Assembly: GCA_041740355.1 (NCBI GenBank)
Contig: JBGSMD010000013.1
Span: 32,001 to 96,000, forward strand
Reading direction: 5' to 3'
From: Bdellovibrionota bacterium
GTDB lineage: Bacteria > Bdellovibrionota_C > UBA2361 > CALJRW01
Length of the DNA: 64,000 nucleotides
Shown: positions 49,380 to 58,243 of the stretch, piece after piece
How positions within the stretch are numbered: position 1 is the stretch's first letter
Layout of the letters: each line of letters opens with the position of its first letter
Notes under the pieces: generated by a model
What the model saw: only the letters and a program-made list of their open reading frames with translations
Databases searched by the model: none
What the model was told of the DNA's origin: nothing
Position numbers and translations under genes: made by a program

Positions 49380-49970
49380 TCAGGCATCAGTAACTTGGTT
49401 TTGAAAGAGTTTTAAATCAATCCCAGCTGATAAATAGTTTTGTTGGCTAGTTTCAATTTTTGTCAGAAATTTTTGTAAATTCTCTAATGAGGCATCAATG
49501 GCCAAATTTAATTCATTTACTTTTTGATTCACGTCTCTTACCGAATTTTGGTCTTCGGAGAGATTAAGAATTTCCTTACTGCAGGATGGTAGTTGTATTA
49601 CCAATTCTTGTTGTTGGTACTTAAGATGAATCGGTTCTCCAGATAAGATTTGGATGCCATTTAGCGATACCGTGTCACAGTGCCTAATAATATCTTTAAT
49701 AGCTTCTTCAATACTTTCAGGCTTGCTTGGGATGTTTTCCACAGCTTTATTAATATTTTGAGCCTGATCTTTGGCAACTCTCAAGGATTGTTCAATCATT
49801 GACACTTTTTGATGGAATAGTTGCTCTGTGTAGGAGTCCGGTATTTGCGCAATATTCTTTATCTGAACATCAGCATTCATCCTGCGGACAGGAGTTGAAA
49901 TTCTTTGCCAAGTATCTTCTTGGGTTCTGTTGTTTAGTAGTTTGTTTAGTATATTTAATAGCCAATTCAT
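49380..49970 (-). CDS. Hypothetical helical protein, weakly flagellin-like (likely start 49970)
   Basis: AGGAAG RBS; IIRHCDTVSLNGIQILSG resembles flagellin IDRIA..T.FNG..LL.G. Confidence 0.5.
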   Translation of the reverse strand: MNWLLNILNKLLNNRTQEDTWQRISTPVRRMNADVQIKNIAQIPDSYTEQLFHQKVSMIEQSLRVAKDQAQNINKAVENIPSKPESIEEAIKDIIRHCDTVSLNGIQILSGEPIHLKYQQQELVIQLPSCSKEILNLSEDQNSVRDVNQKVNELNLAIDASLENLQKFLTKIETSQQNYLSAGIDLKLFQNQVTDA

Positions 49971-50060
49971 AATCATCTTCCTTGATAATAAGGGATATCG
50001 GCAGGAAATAGTGTAGGCTTTAGCCAAATTTCTGATAGGCTATCTTTTGGTCATTTTAAA

Positions 50061-50121
50061 GTGTCAGGGATGTCGGGGAACCGTTTTTTGTGGTTTTAAT
50101 GGTGTCAGGGAACTTGGGGAG
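50061..50121 (+). repeat. G-rich repeat-spacer-repeat unit, locus 2
   Basis: GTGTCAGGGATGTCGGGGAA - 21 nt - GTGTCAGGGAACTTGGGGAG. Confidence 0.8.
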
Positions 50122-50125
50122 AGGG

Positions 50126-50929
50126 TTATTTGCGGTGTTTTTGGTAAAGTAGGCGAGCGGCAGGCAGGTTTTTTTCAAGATTAACAATCCGCGCTTCGGA
50201 AGTTGGGTGAGTAGAAAGAAAGCTGATTGAAGCCCCTCCAAAATTAGGATCTTCTTTAACTTTATTCCAGAAATCAACAGCAGCTTGTGGATTGTATCCT
50301 GCTTTAGCCATTAAAAATAAACCAACCATATCGGCTTCACTCTCCATTCTTTGGGACCCAGGATTAACAATTAAGCCTTGAAGTAGAGCTGAAGTAAGCT
50401 GGCCGGCGATGTTGGCAATTCCATAGTATTGACCACTGGCGGCTAAAACCGAAGAAGCGACTTGTCCCGTGCTACCCGCAATAATTTGGCTTGCAGTTTC
50501 ACCTGAAGTTGGAGTTGTATGATTGGCAAGTACATGACTAACCTCGTGGGCTAGGATGGTAGCCAACTGATGATCACTCTCGGTAGTATTTAAAATTCCT
50601 GTCCAAACAAAAATATAATTTCCACGTGTAGCGGCAGCATTCTTAAAATTATCATCTTTAAATACATAAACATGCCAAGGATTCCCTCCACTGGAACCAG
50701 AGGCAGCATTTGAAAGCCTAGTAACTATTTTTCTAACTCGTGAATTTAAAGCTAGATCTTCCTCGATTGGATACTGAGCCGCTAATTGATTAAAAACTTG
50801 TGAGCCAAATTGAATTTCCTGTGGATTTAAATCACCTTGAGGAGGAATTTCTCCAGCTATGATTGGCTTTCTTTGAGCTCCACAGGAGCAAAGTAAAAGA
50901 ATCATAAAAAAAGCTATGAAGAGTCTCAT
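50126..50929 (-). CDS. M48-family metallopeptidase lipoprotein
   Basis: HEVSH zinc motif, ESEAD, FLSTHP, lipobox. Confidence 0.92.
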   Translation of the reverse strand: MRLFIAFFMILLLCSCGAQRKPIIAGEIPPQGDLNPQEIQFGSQVFNQLAAQYPIEEDLALNSRVRKIVTRLSNAASGSSGGNPWHVYVFKDDNFKNAAATRGNYIFVWTGILNTTESDHQLATILAHEVSHVLANHTTPTSGETASQIIAGSTGQVASSVLAASGQYYGIANIAGQLTSALLQGLIVNPGSQRMESEADMVGLFLMAKAGYNPQAAVDFWNKVKEDPNFGGASISFLSTHPTSEARIVNLEKNLPAARLLYQKHRK

Positions 50930-50937
50930 TCTTATTA

Positions 50938-51330
50938 TTAAGGAATAAAGTTAGGGATTCGTGACAAATATCTTAAATAAGATTTGGGTGTTCGACGACA
51001 ATATACTCTGTGAAATTCACTAGTCTTATCGATAAAGAAGCAGTCCCAACGCTCTTTGCCGATTTCGTTAAGTTTTTCTTGGTGTTGTGCTGTAGTTTCA
51101 TCTTTCCCAAGTTCGAAGACATGATATTCAACTGCGTGTAGCTTTTCAATTTCTGAATTAGCCAAATTACTTAGCTGTTCTTCTTTTTGTTGATACCCCT
51201 TAGAGATTGTAGAGTTAATTTCGGATAGATTTTTACTTAGCTCCTCCTTCATTTCTTGATAGGCAGGTTGTTGTTGACAGGCTGTCAGCGTCAAGTAGCA
51301 GGTAATTATTAAGATTTTGAAAATATTCAT
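50938..51330 (-). CDS. Hypothetical lipoprotein
   Basis: Lipobox LTAC; EYHV...LNEIGKERWDC resembles DUF4177. Confidence 0.65.
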   Translation of the reverse strand: MNIFKILIITCYLTLTACQQQPAYQEMKEELSKNLSEINSTISKGYQQKEEQLSNLANSEIEKLHAVEYHVFELGKDETTAQHQEKLNEIGKERWDCFFIDKTSEFHRVYCRRTPKSYLRYLSRIPNFIP

Positions 51331-51357
51331 TTATATAGTAATTTCTAAACCCAGAGA

Positions 51358-51506
51358 TATAGTTATTCCAAAAAATAAATCATGTATAAATATGATTGGG
51401 TATCTTATTTTTTTGCAATAACTATATGATTTTATTATCCCTCAGGGGGGATAGAAAGCCCCAAACAGTAATTTCCTTACGTAAATTACTTTTTGGACTT
51501 TCTATA
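51358..51506 (-). repeat. MITE family C copy
   Basis: Imperfect TIRs TATAGTTATTCCAAAAAATAA / TTACTTTTTGGACTTTCTATA; colinear with 23618-23762. Confidence 0.8.
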
Positions 51507-51519
51507 GTATGTTAGTTTT

Positions 51520-52062
51520 ATGCAAATACCGAATAACTTTAAATTACAATACTCTGCTGCTGAAATACAAGCAGTTAATCATAAATTAGGTTTTAAAATC
51601 TCTGAATGGATTGAGTCCTTGCAACTTCCGTTAGATCAGCAAGTCGTAGTTGTGCCAATTTTAAGAGGCTCTATTTTCTTCTTTGCTGATTTAGTTCGGG
51701 CGATAGACTGCTCTGTTTCAATTTCACCAGTACGCTGTTGGTCATACAATGCTGAAGACAATAGTCAGCGTGAAGAAGTAAAAGTGGATTCAATGGGTTT
51801 TGATGTTAAAGACCAAGTCATTCTTTTAATTGATGATATTTGTGATTCGGGAAGGACACTTCATCATATTACTAATAATTTCATTGCCGCCGGTGCTCGC
51901 CAAGTAAACTCAGCTGTTTTAGTAAATCGCCACTTACAGGAGCCCTTATTCAAACCTGATTTTATTGGTTTTAACTTTGATGGTCCAGAATGGTTTGTAG
52001 GATATGGTATGAATCACGAGGATTTCTATCGCAATCTCTCTGATATTTATATAATTAAATAA
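51520..52062 (+). CDS. hpt: Hypoxanthine phosphoribosyltransferase-like protein
   Basis: ILRGSIFFFADL, LLIDDICDSGRTL (PRPP loop), FVGYGM. Confidence 0.75.
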   Translation: MQIPNNFKLQYSAAEIQAVNHKLGFKISEWIESLQLPLDQQVVVVPILRGSIFFFADLVRAIDCSVSISPVRCWSYNAEDNSQREEVKVDSMGFDVKDQVILLIDDICDSGRTLHHITNNFIAAGARQVNSAVLVNRHLQEPLFKPDFIGFNFDGPEWFVGYGMNHEDFYRNLSDIYIIK

Positions 52063-53366
52063 TGAGTATCGTTGATTCAAAACTAGATTACGCGGTAGAT
52101 ATCTTTGAGTTATCTAAGAGTTTCAATCGTAGTGGTAACTTCTCTGGAAATTATACAACTCTTAAATCTCTAATTACTAAACCTTTTAAAAAAAATAATA
52201 CTCCTAACATTATTCAAACTACAGCAATAAAAGATTTAACAATCCGCATTCCTCGAGGATCCTCTGTTGGTATTATAGGTCGAAATGGTTCTGGTAAATC
52301 TACTTTATTAAAATTAATTACGGGAATTTATGCCCCTGATCATGGGCATGTAAAAATTAATGGACAGGTGAGAGCCTTAATTGAGCTTGGAGCAGGTTTC
52401 CATCCAGATTTTACCGGACGAGAAAATCTTTACTTAGCAGGTATTCTCTATGGATTAACTAAGAAGCAGATAAATGAAAAATTTGATCAGATTGTTGAAT
52501 TTGCCGAGCTAAAAGATTTCATTGATCAACCGGTGCGTACCTACTCCTCTGGAATGTTTATGCGCTTAGGATTTAGTTTAGCGGTAAATACTGATCCGGA
52601 TATTTTATTAATTGATGAAGTTTTAGCAGTGGGGGATGCTGGCTTTGTTCAAAAATGCCAAGAAAAAGTGGCGGAGCTTCGCAGTCAGGAGAAAACGCTT
52701 TTTATGGTCAGTCACGATTTAGGTGCAATCGAACGTTGGAGTGACGAGGTTATTTGGTTAAATAAAGGTGAAGTTAAAGATCGGGGACATCCACGTCGGG
52801 TAATTGATCATTACCGAGAATTCATTGAAAAGGGAATCGAAGATGAAATTCTGGGGAAATCGCGCGAGGCAACACAAATCAGTGTTAATGCCGAGACTGC
52901 CCAACCAGAAGGTCATGAGGAACTAGAAAAATTTGCTTACGAACGTTGGGGGAGTCGTGAAATTGAAATTACACGCACAACGCTGACTAACTTTAAAGGC
53001 GAAGAGAAGGTTTTATTCCACACGGGTGAGCCAAGTGTAGTAAATGTTTATTACAAAGTTAATGCACCACAAAAATCTATAGTTTTTGGTTTTGGGATAA
53101 ATCGAGCTGACGGATTAAATATTATTGGAACTAATACACTTTTAGAAAGAGTAGAAACTAGTGATTTGTCAACAGAGGGGGTTGTTAGCATTGTAATTCC
53201 ATCGACCAATCTTTTAACTAATACTTACTATCTTGATTTAGCGGTTCACCGTGAAGATGGATACGCTTATGATTATCATAAAAACGCCATTAAATTTTCA
53301 GTTCAATCTCAGCACGATCAAATTGGAGTGCTTCATTTACAACATTCTTGGCAGTTTAATTCATGA
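52062..53366 (+). CDS. wzt: Polysaccharide ABC exporter ATPase with Wzt C-terminal domain
   Basis: GRNGSGKST, YSSGM..RL, DEVLAVGD, C-terminal carbohydrate-binding domain. Confidence 0.93.
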   Translation: MSIVDSKLDYAVDIFELSKSFNRSGNFSGNYTTLKSLITKPFKKNNTPNIIQTTAIKDLTIRIPRGSSVGIIGRNGSGKSTLLKLITGIYAPDHGHVKINGQVRALIELGAGFHPDFTGRENLYLAGILYGLTKKQINEKFDQIVEFAELKDFIDQPVRTYSSGMFMRLGFSLAVNTDPDILLIDEVLAVGDAGFVQKCQEKVAELRSQEKTLFMVSHDLGAIERWSDEVIWLNKGEVKDRGHPRRVIDHYREFIEKGIEDEILGKSREATQISVNAETAQPEGHEELEKFAYERWGSREIEITRTTLTNFKGEEKVLFHTGEPSVVNVYYKVNAPQKSIVFGFGINRADGLNIIGTNTLLERVETSDLSTEGVVSIVIPSTNLLTNTYYLDLAVHREDGYAYDYHKNAIKFSVQSQHDQIGVLHLQHSWQFNS

Positions 53367-54139
53367 ATATTTTTGCAGAACTAATTAAATATCGTGGCTT
53401 AATCACAGCACTTGTTGGTCGACAACTAGCGAGTCGTTATCGCGGATCGACACTGGGATTCTTATGGTCATTTCTAAATCCACTACTTTTCATGTTGATT
53501 TATACTTTGGTGTTTAAATATTATGCGCGCCTAGATTCTCAAGATAATTATAGTGTCTATCTTTTTTGCGGATTGCTGCCTTGGATTTGGTTTAATTCTG
53601 GTATTATTGAGGCCACAAGTTCGATAAGTTCTAGCGGAAGTTTAATTACCAAATCCATGTTTCCTCCTCAGATCTTACCTACAGTCGCAATTATAACTAA
53701 TTTAGTACATTACATCTTGTCCCTAATTTTGTTATTTATCTTTATTTTTATATATAAAATTCCACTAACTGAAAAACTATTGGCTCTTCCTTTAATAATA
53801 GTTTTGCAATTGGGATTAATGTACGGCTTGGCACTTTTCTTTGCTTCTTTAAATGTTTTCTACCGAGATATTCAACATTTATTAGGAAATGTTTTTAACT
53901 TACTATTTTTTCTGTGCCCGATTATTTACCCAGTTACTGTAGTTCCTGAACAATACCGTTTTACTATCGATTTCAATCCAATTGCACTGCTGATTGAGTC
54001 ATATCATGCTGTTTTATTAGAAGGTAGGTGGCCACCGCTTTGGAATATTTCCGTTGTGTTTTTATTCAGTATTTTGATCTATATTTTAGGCAAAAATATA
54101 TACCAAAAAAATAGAGAAACATTTGCGGAATGCTTATAG
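53363..54139 (+). CDS. wzm: Polysaccharide ABC exporter permease
   Basis: RYRGSTLGFLWSFLNPL, RDIQH, PIIYP, NP. Confidence 0.93.
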   Translation: MNIFAELIKYRGLITALVGRQLASRYRGSTLGFLWSFLNPLLFMLIYTLVFKYYARLDSQDNYSVYLFCGLLPWIWFNSGIIEATSSISSSGSLITKSMFPPQILPTVAIITNLVHYILSLILLFIFIFIYKIPLTEKLLALPLIIVLQLGLMYGLALFFASLNVFYRDIQHLLGNVFNLLFFLCPIIYPVTVVPEQYRFTIDFNPIALLIESYHAVLLEGRWPPLWNISVVFLFSILIYILGKNIYQKNRETFAECL

Positions 54140-54161
54140 TTAGATAGGTTCAGATTATACG

Positions 54162-55226
54162 ATGAGTCAAAAATCAATTCACCAATTAGTACATACTTTA
54201 AGTTATGGCGATGCTATCTCGGGCGAAGTTTTAGCCATGCAGCGAGCATTGACGCAGGCTGGGTGTGACTCTAAAATTTATGCCATTAATGAGCATCCAA
54301 AACTAAAAGGCTTAACAATTCCTTACCAACAACTTTCTTCAGATTATGATGGTCAAATAATTTTACATTACTCTTTAGGTTCACCATTAAATGATTTGTA
54401 TCGCTCGCTAACTAAAGCTACTAGAGTCTTAATTTATCATAATCTCACTCCGGCAAAGTATTATGCCGGTATAAATCCACGAGTAGCAAGTGACATTGAG
54501 CAAGGTGCCAAAGAGCTTCCCGAGTTGCTAGGACTTAGTAATAAAATTATTGCTGACTCAAAATTCAATGCCGGGGAATTAGCCGAACTAGGCTTTAAGG
54601 CCGAAGTTCTTGATCTGCCAATTGACCCAGTACGTTGGGAGATGGAAACAAATCCAGGAATTGCTAGTTTGTTGAAAAACGATCCAGTTCTACATTTAGT
54701 TCATGTTGGTCGCTTTGCGCCCAATAAATGTATCGAAGATATTATTAAAGTTGCTTACCTACTGAAGGAAAAATTAAAAATCCCACTAAAACTTTGGCTT
54801 CCTGGAATTGATATTGATACTGAAATTTATTCTTTTAGCTTAAAACGTTTAGTTTACTTTCTTGGACTTGAAAAAGAAGTTAATTTTGTTGGCTGTTTTG
54901 CAGATTCTGAGCTAAAAGCTTTATACGAAAATTCTTCAGTCTATCTTTGTATGAGTGAGCATGAGGGATTTTGTCTGCCAGTTGTAGAGGCGATGCACTT
55001 TGGTTTGCCAGTGATTGCTTTTGCCTCTTCAGCATTACCAGATACTATTGGAGCAGGGGGTCTACTAGTTAACGAAAAAGATCATTTAAAGATTGCCGCG
55101 TTAGTTGAAGAAGTACATAACAATCAAGAGCTTCGTCAAAAATTAATTATTGCTGGAAAAGAAAGAGTTCAAAGCTTATCATTTGAGAAATTCCAAAATA
55201 ATCTTAGTAAGCTACTTCTCTCATGA
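54162..55226 (+). CDS. GT4 glycosyltransferase
   Basis: VGRFAPNK, SEHEGFCLPVVEAM. Confidence 0.92.
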   Translation: MSQKSIHQLVHTLSYGDAISGEVLAMQRALTQAGCDSKIYAINEHPKLKGLTIPYQQLSSDYDGQIILHYSLGSPLNDLYRSLTKATRVLIYHNLTPAKYYAGINPRVASDIEQGAKELPELLGLSNKIIADSKFNAGELAELGFKAEVLDLPIDPVRWEMETNPGIASLLKNDPVLHLVHVGRFAPNKCIEDIIKVAYLLKEKLKIPLKLWLPGIDIDTEIYSFSLKRLVYFLGLEKEVNFVGCFADSELKALYENSSVYLCMSEHEGFCLPVVEAMHFGLPVIAFASSALPDTIGAGGLLVNEKDHLKIAALVEEVHNNQELRQKLIIAGKERVQSLSFEKFQNNLSKLLLS

Positions 55227-56413
55227 TCAAAGAATTTATCGTTGGAATTGATTTTAGTGCACTTGATCCTACATTTAAAGAGCACAGTACCAGAGGAATT
55301 GGTAAGTATGCCGGGGAATTCCAAAAGTACTTAGAAAAAAATACTCCTTCAGTAAAGAACTATGGATACTTCAATCACAAGGATCTTTTAGCAGACTCCT
55401 TTTTGGCCAAATTAATTGATTATGCACCTGCTGGTCGTCAAACTCTGAAGCAACAACTGCTCTATCCATTTAAGTTATCAGGCTCCAAGTTAAAGCAATT
55501 TTCTCATTTGCATTTTCTTGCACAGACTGATGCTCCAACTTGGTGTGCCAAGCCCTACATCTTAACTGTTATGGATTTGATTCCAATTGTTTGCAAAGAT
55601 TTATATCAAGCTGATAACCCAACCTGGCGCTATCATTTGGCTCGATATTTTGAATTACAAGCCATAAGAAATTCGGCTAAAATTATTACTATTAGTGAGT
55701 GTTCCAAAAATGATTTAATTCAGCACTTAAAAATTCCTGCTGAAAAAATTTCCGTTACCCCACTTGGTGTTGATGCTGTTTATTTTGAGGAGTCAAGTAT
55801 AAGTATTCGGGAGATACTTGCAAAAAATAATTTAGCAAATGATTTAAAATTTTTATTGTATGTTGGCGGCATTGATCCCCGTAAGAATTTTTCAGGGTTA
55901 TTAGAGACATATGCTGAGTTAAAGAAGTTGTATCAGGAAAAAAATATTTTAAATGACCTGCCGAAACTTTTTTTTGTGGGAAGGATTAATCAGGATCGCG
56001 AATACCCTAAATTAAAAGCATTAATATCAAAGCTTGGACTAGATGGAGATGTTTTAGAACTTGGTTTTGTGGCAGAAACGGAATTAATAACTTTATACCG
56101 ACACTGCGAAGCCATGTGCTTTTTTAGTCTTTATGAAGGGTTTGGCTTAACACCGCTAGAAGCGATGGCAGCTGGCGCGACAGTTTTTAGTACTAAGTTA
56201 TCCGCTATGCCAGAAGTACTGGGAAATGTGGCGCATTATCTTAATCCTCAAGCTTCAAGTCAGAATGCTAAGGAAATCTTTGATGTTATTCGCAACCCGG
56301 AACAGCGTAAGATTGACCAAGAAGCAGGACCATTACAGGCGCAAAAATTTACTTGGGATCGCACTTGGGATTTAACTTTAAAAGTTTACGAAGATGCAGC
56401 ACGATCTTATTAA
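55223..56413 (+). CDS. GT4 glycosyltransferase
   Basis: VGGIDPRKN, SLYEGFGLTPLEAM. Confidence 0.92.
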   Translation: MIKEFIVGIDFSALDPTFKEHSTRGIGKYAGEFQKYLEKNTPSVKNYGYFNHKDLLADSFLAKLIDYAPAGRQTLKQQLLYPFKLSGSKLKQFSHLHFLAQTDAPTWCAKPYILTVMDLIPIVCKDLYQADNPTWRYHLARYFELQAIRNSAKIITISECSKNDLIQHLKIPAEKISVTPLGVDAVYFEESSISIREILAKNNLANDLKFLLYVGGIDPRKNFSGLLETYAELKKLYQEKNILNDLPKLFFVGRINQDREYPKLKALISKLGLDGDVLELGFVAETELITLYRHCEAMCFFSLYEGFGLTPLEAMAAGATVFSTKLSAMPEVLGNVAHYLNPQASSQNAKEIFDVIRNPEQRKIDQEAGPLQAQKFTWDRTWDLTLKVYEDAARSY

Positions 56414-57266
56414 TGCTTCCATTCGCTTAGTTAAAGATTTATTTGCCGATGTAAATTGGTCAGTTGATCTGCAAGCTGAGGCAATTCGCATCCACTCTGA
56501 GCTACCAATTAGTTTGGAGCAGCATTCTGCACTTGAGCAAGCAGTTAGTAGTATGATCTCTTGGCGACAAGGCCCTTACAAGTTATTTGATTATGATCTT
56601 AACAGTGAATGGCTAAGCAATATTAAGTGGGAAAGACTAAAAGCAATCTTGCCTGATCTCACTGGAAAAACAGTTGCTGATGTCGGCTGTAGTAATGGTT
56701 ACTTCATGTTTAAATTACTAACACTTAACCCAGCATTAGTATGTGGTTTTGATCCATTTAAAAACTGTCATTATCAGCACCAGTTATTAGCTCATTTTAT
56801 TCGTGATCCCCGCCTGCGTTATATAACTCAAGGAGTTGAAGATTTGCCACAATTTCCGGAAGCTTTTGATTTGATTTTAATGATGGGTGTTCTATATCAT
56901 CGTCGTGAGCCTGTTCAGTCAATTAACAATCTGTATCAGGCATTAAAGCCAGATGGAAAAGTATTACTGGAAACTATGGTTTTACCAGGGGAACAACTAG
57001 AACCTATTTTGATTCCAGATCGTTATTCCAAAATGAAAAACATCTATCATTTAACAACAATTCCTGGTTTAGTACGGTGGACGCAACAAGCAGGTTTTTC
57101 TAAGCACCGCCTTCTTTCCATTTCTCAAACTAGTTTGGAAGAACAACGAGTTAGTCCCTTAGCTCCTTATGAGAGTTTAGCTGAGTTTTTAGATCCAAAA
57201 GATTCGGATTTTACGGTGGAAGGTTTGCCAGCTCCAAGGAGAATTTTACTCGAATTAACAAAATAG
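56394..57266 (+). CDS. cmoB: CmoB-like (DUF1698) SAM/carboxy-SAM-dependent transferase
   Basis: WRQGPY, EW.S..KW, DVGCSNGY, MGVLYHRR, RYSKMKN, SL..FLDP.D...TVEG.PAP.R. Confidence 0.75.
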   Translation: MQHDLINASIRLVKDLFADVNWSVDLQAEAIRIHSELPISLEQHSALEQAVSSMISWRQGPYKLFDYDLNSEWLSNIKWERLKAILPDLTGKTVADVGCSNGYFMFKLLTLNPALVCGFDPFKNCHYQHQLLAHFIRDPRLRYITQGVEDLPQFPEAFDLILMMGVLYHRREPVQSINNLYQALKPDGKVLLETMVLPGEQLEPILIPDRYSKMKNIYHLTTIPGLVRWTQQAGFSKHRLLSISQTSLEEQRVSPLAPYESLAEFLDPKDSDFTVEGLPAPRRILLELTK

Positions 57267-57283
57267 TTTACTAGAATAGTCTC

Positions 57284-58243
57284 GTGATTAAATATTTAAA
57301 ATTAATTTTTGCATTAATCATTTTTGGGAGTCTTTTCCTTGTCGTTGATTTGTCAGAATTAATTGCTGCCTTTAAGAATATAACTTGGGAATTAGCAGGA
57401 CTTCTGCTCCTAATTTCATTTGTAATGATTTATATCAGTTCGATTAAGTGGGGAATTTTCCTTGCAGCAACTGGGATTAAGGCAACGATTGGTAAATTAT
57501 ATAAAATTTACTTACTTAGTTATTTTGTCAACTTATTGTTACCATCGTTTGTTGGTGGTGACATTGCCCGCACTTTACTAATTACTGATAAGCAGTCGCG
57601 CTCTAAAAGTCTAGCCGCCACATTTATGGAGCGACTAAGTGGCTTCATCGCGATGTTAATCCTTGCTTTACTTGCTATGCCTTTATTGCCAAACCTAGAG
57701 CCAAAGATCGCTTTTACACTCCTTACAATCTCCTTGTTACTATCTGCAGTAATTATTTTTGCCTTAAAATTTAATTTTAAACTCATTTTTCCAAACAAAC
57801 CTTTTTTTCAAAAGCTAAGTCCAAAGCTTATTAGCTTTCAAGATGCTGTGAAAATGATGTTTAGAAAGCCAAAGTTATTGGCGGGCACCTTAGGTCTTTC
57901 TTTTCTTTTCCATTGCGTTACAGTCTTAAACACTATTGCAGCCGCTTTAGCGGTCGGGTGGATCGATTTGCCTGTTATGCAATTGTTTGTTGTCCTCCCA
58001 ATTGTCTTGTTGATTTCAGCAATCCCACTAACTCCTAATGGCCTTGGATTACAGGAAGGAGCATTCTTTTATTTTCTTACAATGCTTGGAGCAACTCCAG
58101 AAGAGGCACTTGGAGTTGGTTTGATACTAAGAGCAAAATCTTATTTATTAGCTTTAATTGGTGGGTTGGTTTTTCTTAACTTAAAGAAAAACCAACCCAC
58201 AGTTTTGTCTAGTTCTAGCCCTGAGGAGCCATTGCAGGAGTAG
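57284..58243 (+). CDS. Lysylphosphatidylglycerol synthase TM / flippase-like membrane protein
   Basis: NLLLPSFVGGD, ERLSG, PLTPNGLGLQE. Confidence 0.88.
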   Translation: MIKYLKLIFALIIFGSLFLVVDLSELIAAFKNITWELAGLLLLISFVMIYISSIKWGIFLAATGIKATIGKLYKIYLLSYFVNLLLPSFVGGDIARTLLITDKQSRSKSLAATFMERLSGFIAMLILALLAMPLLPNLEPKIAFTLLTISLLLSAVIIFALKFNFKLIFPNKPFFQKLSPKLISFQDAVKMMFRKPKLLAGTLGLSFLFHCVTVLNTIAAALAVGWIDLPVMQLFVVLPIVLLISAIPLTPNGLGLQEGAFFYFLTMLGATPEEALGVGLILRAKSYLLALIGGLVFLNLKKNQPTVLSSSSPEEPLQE

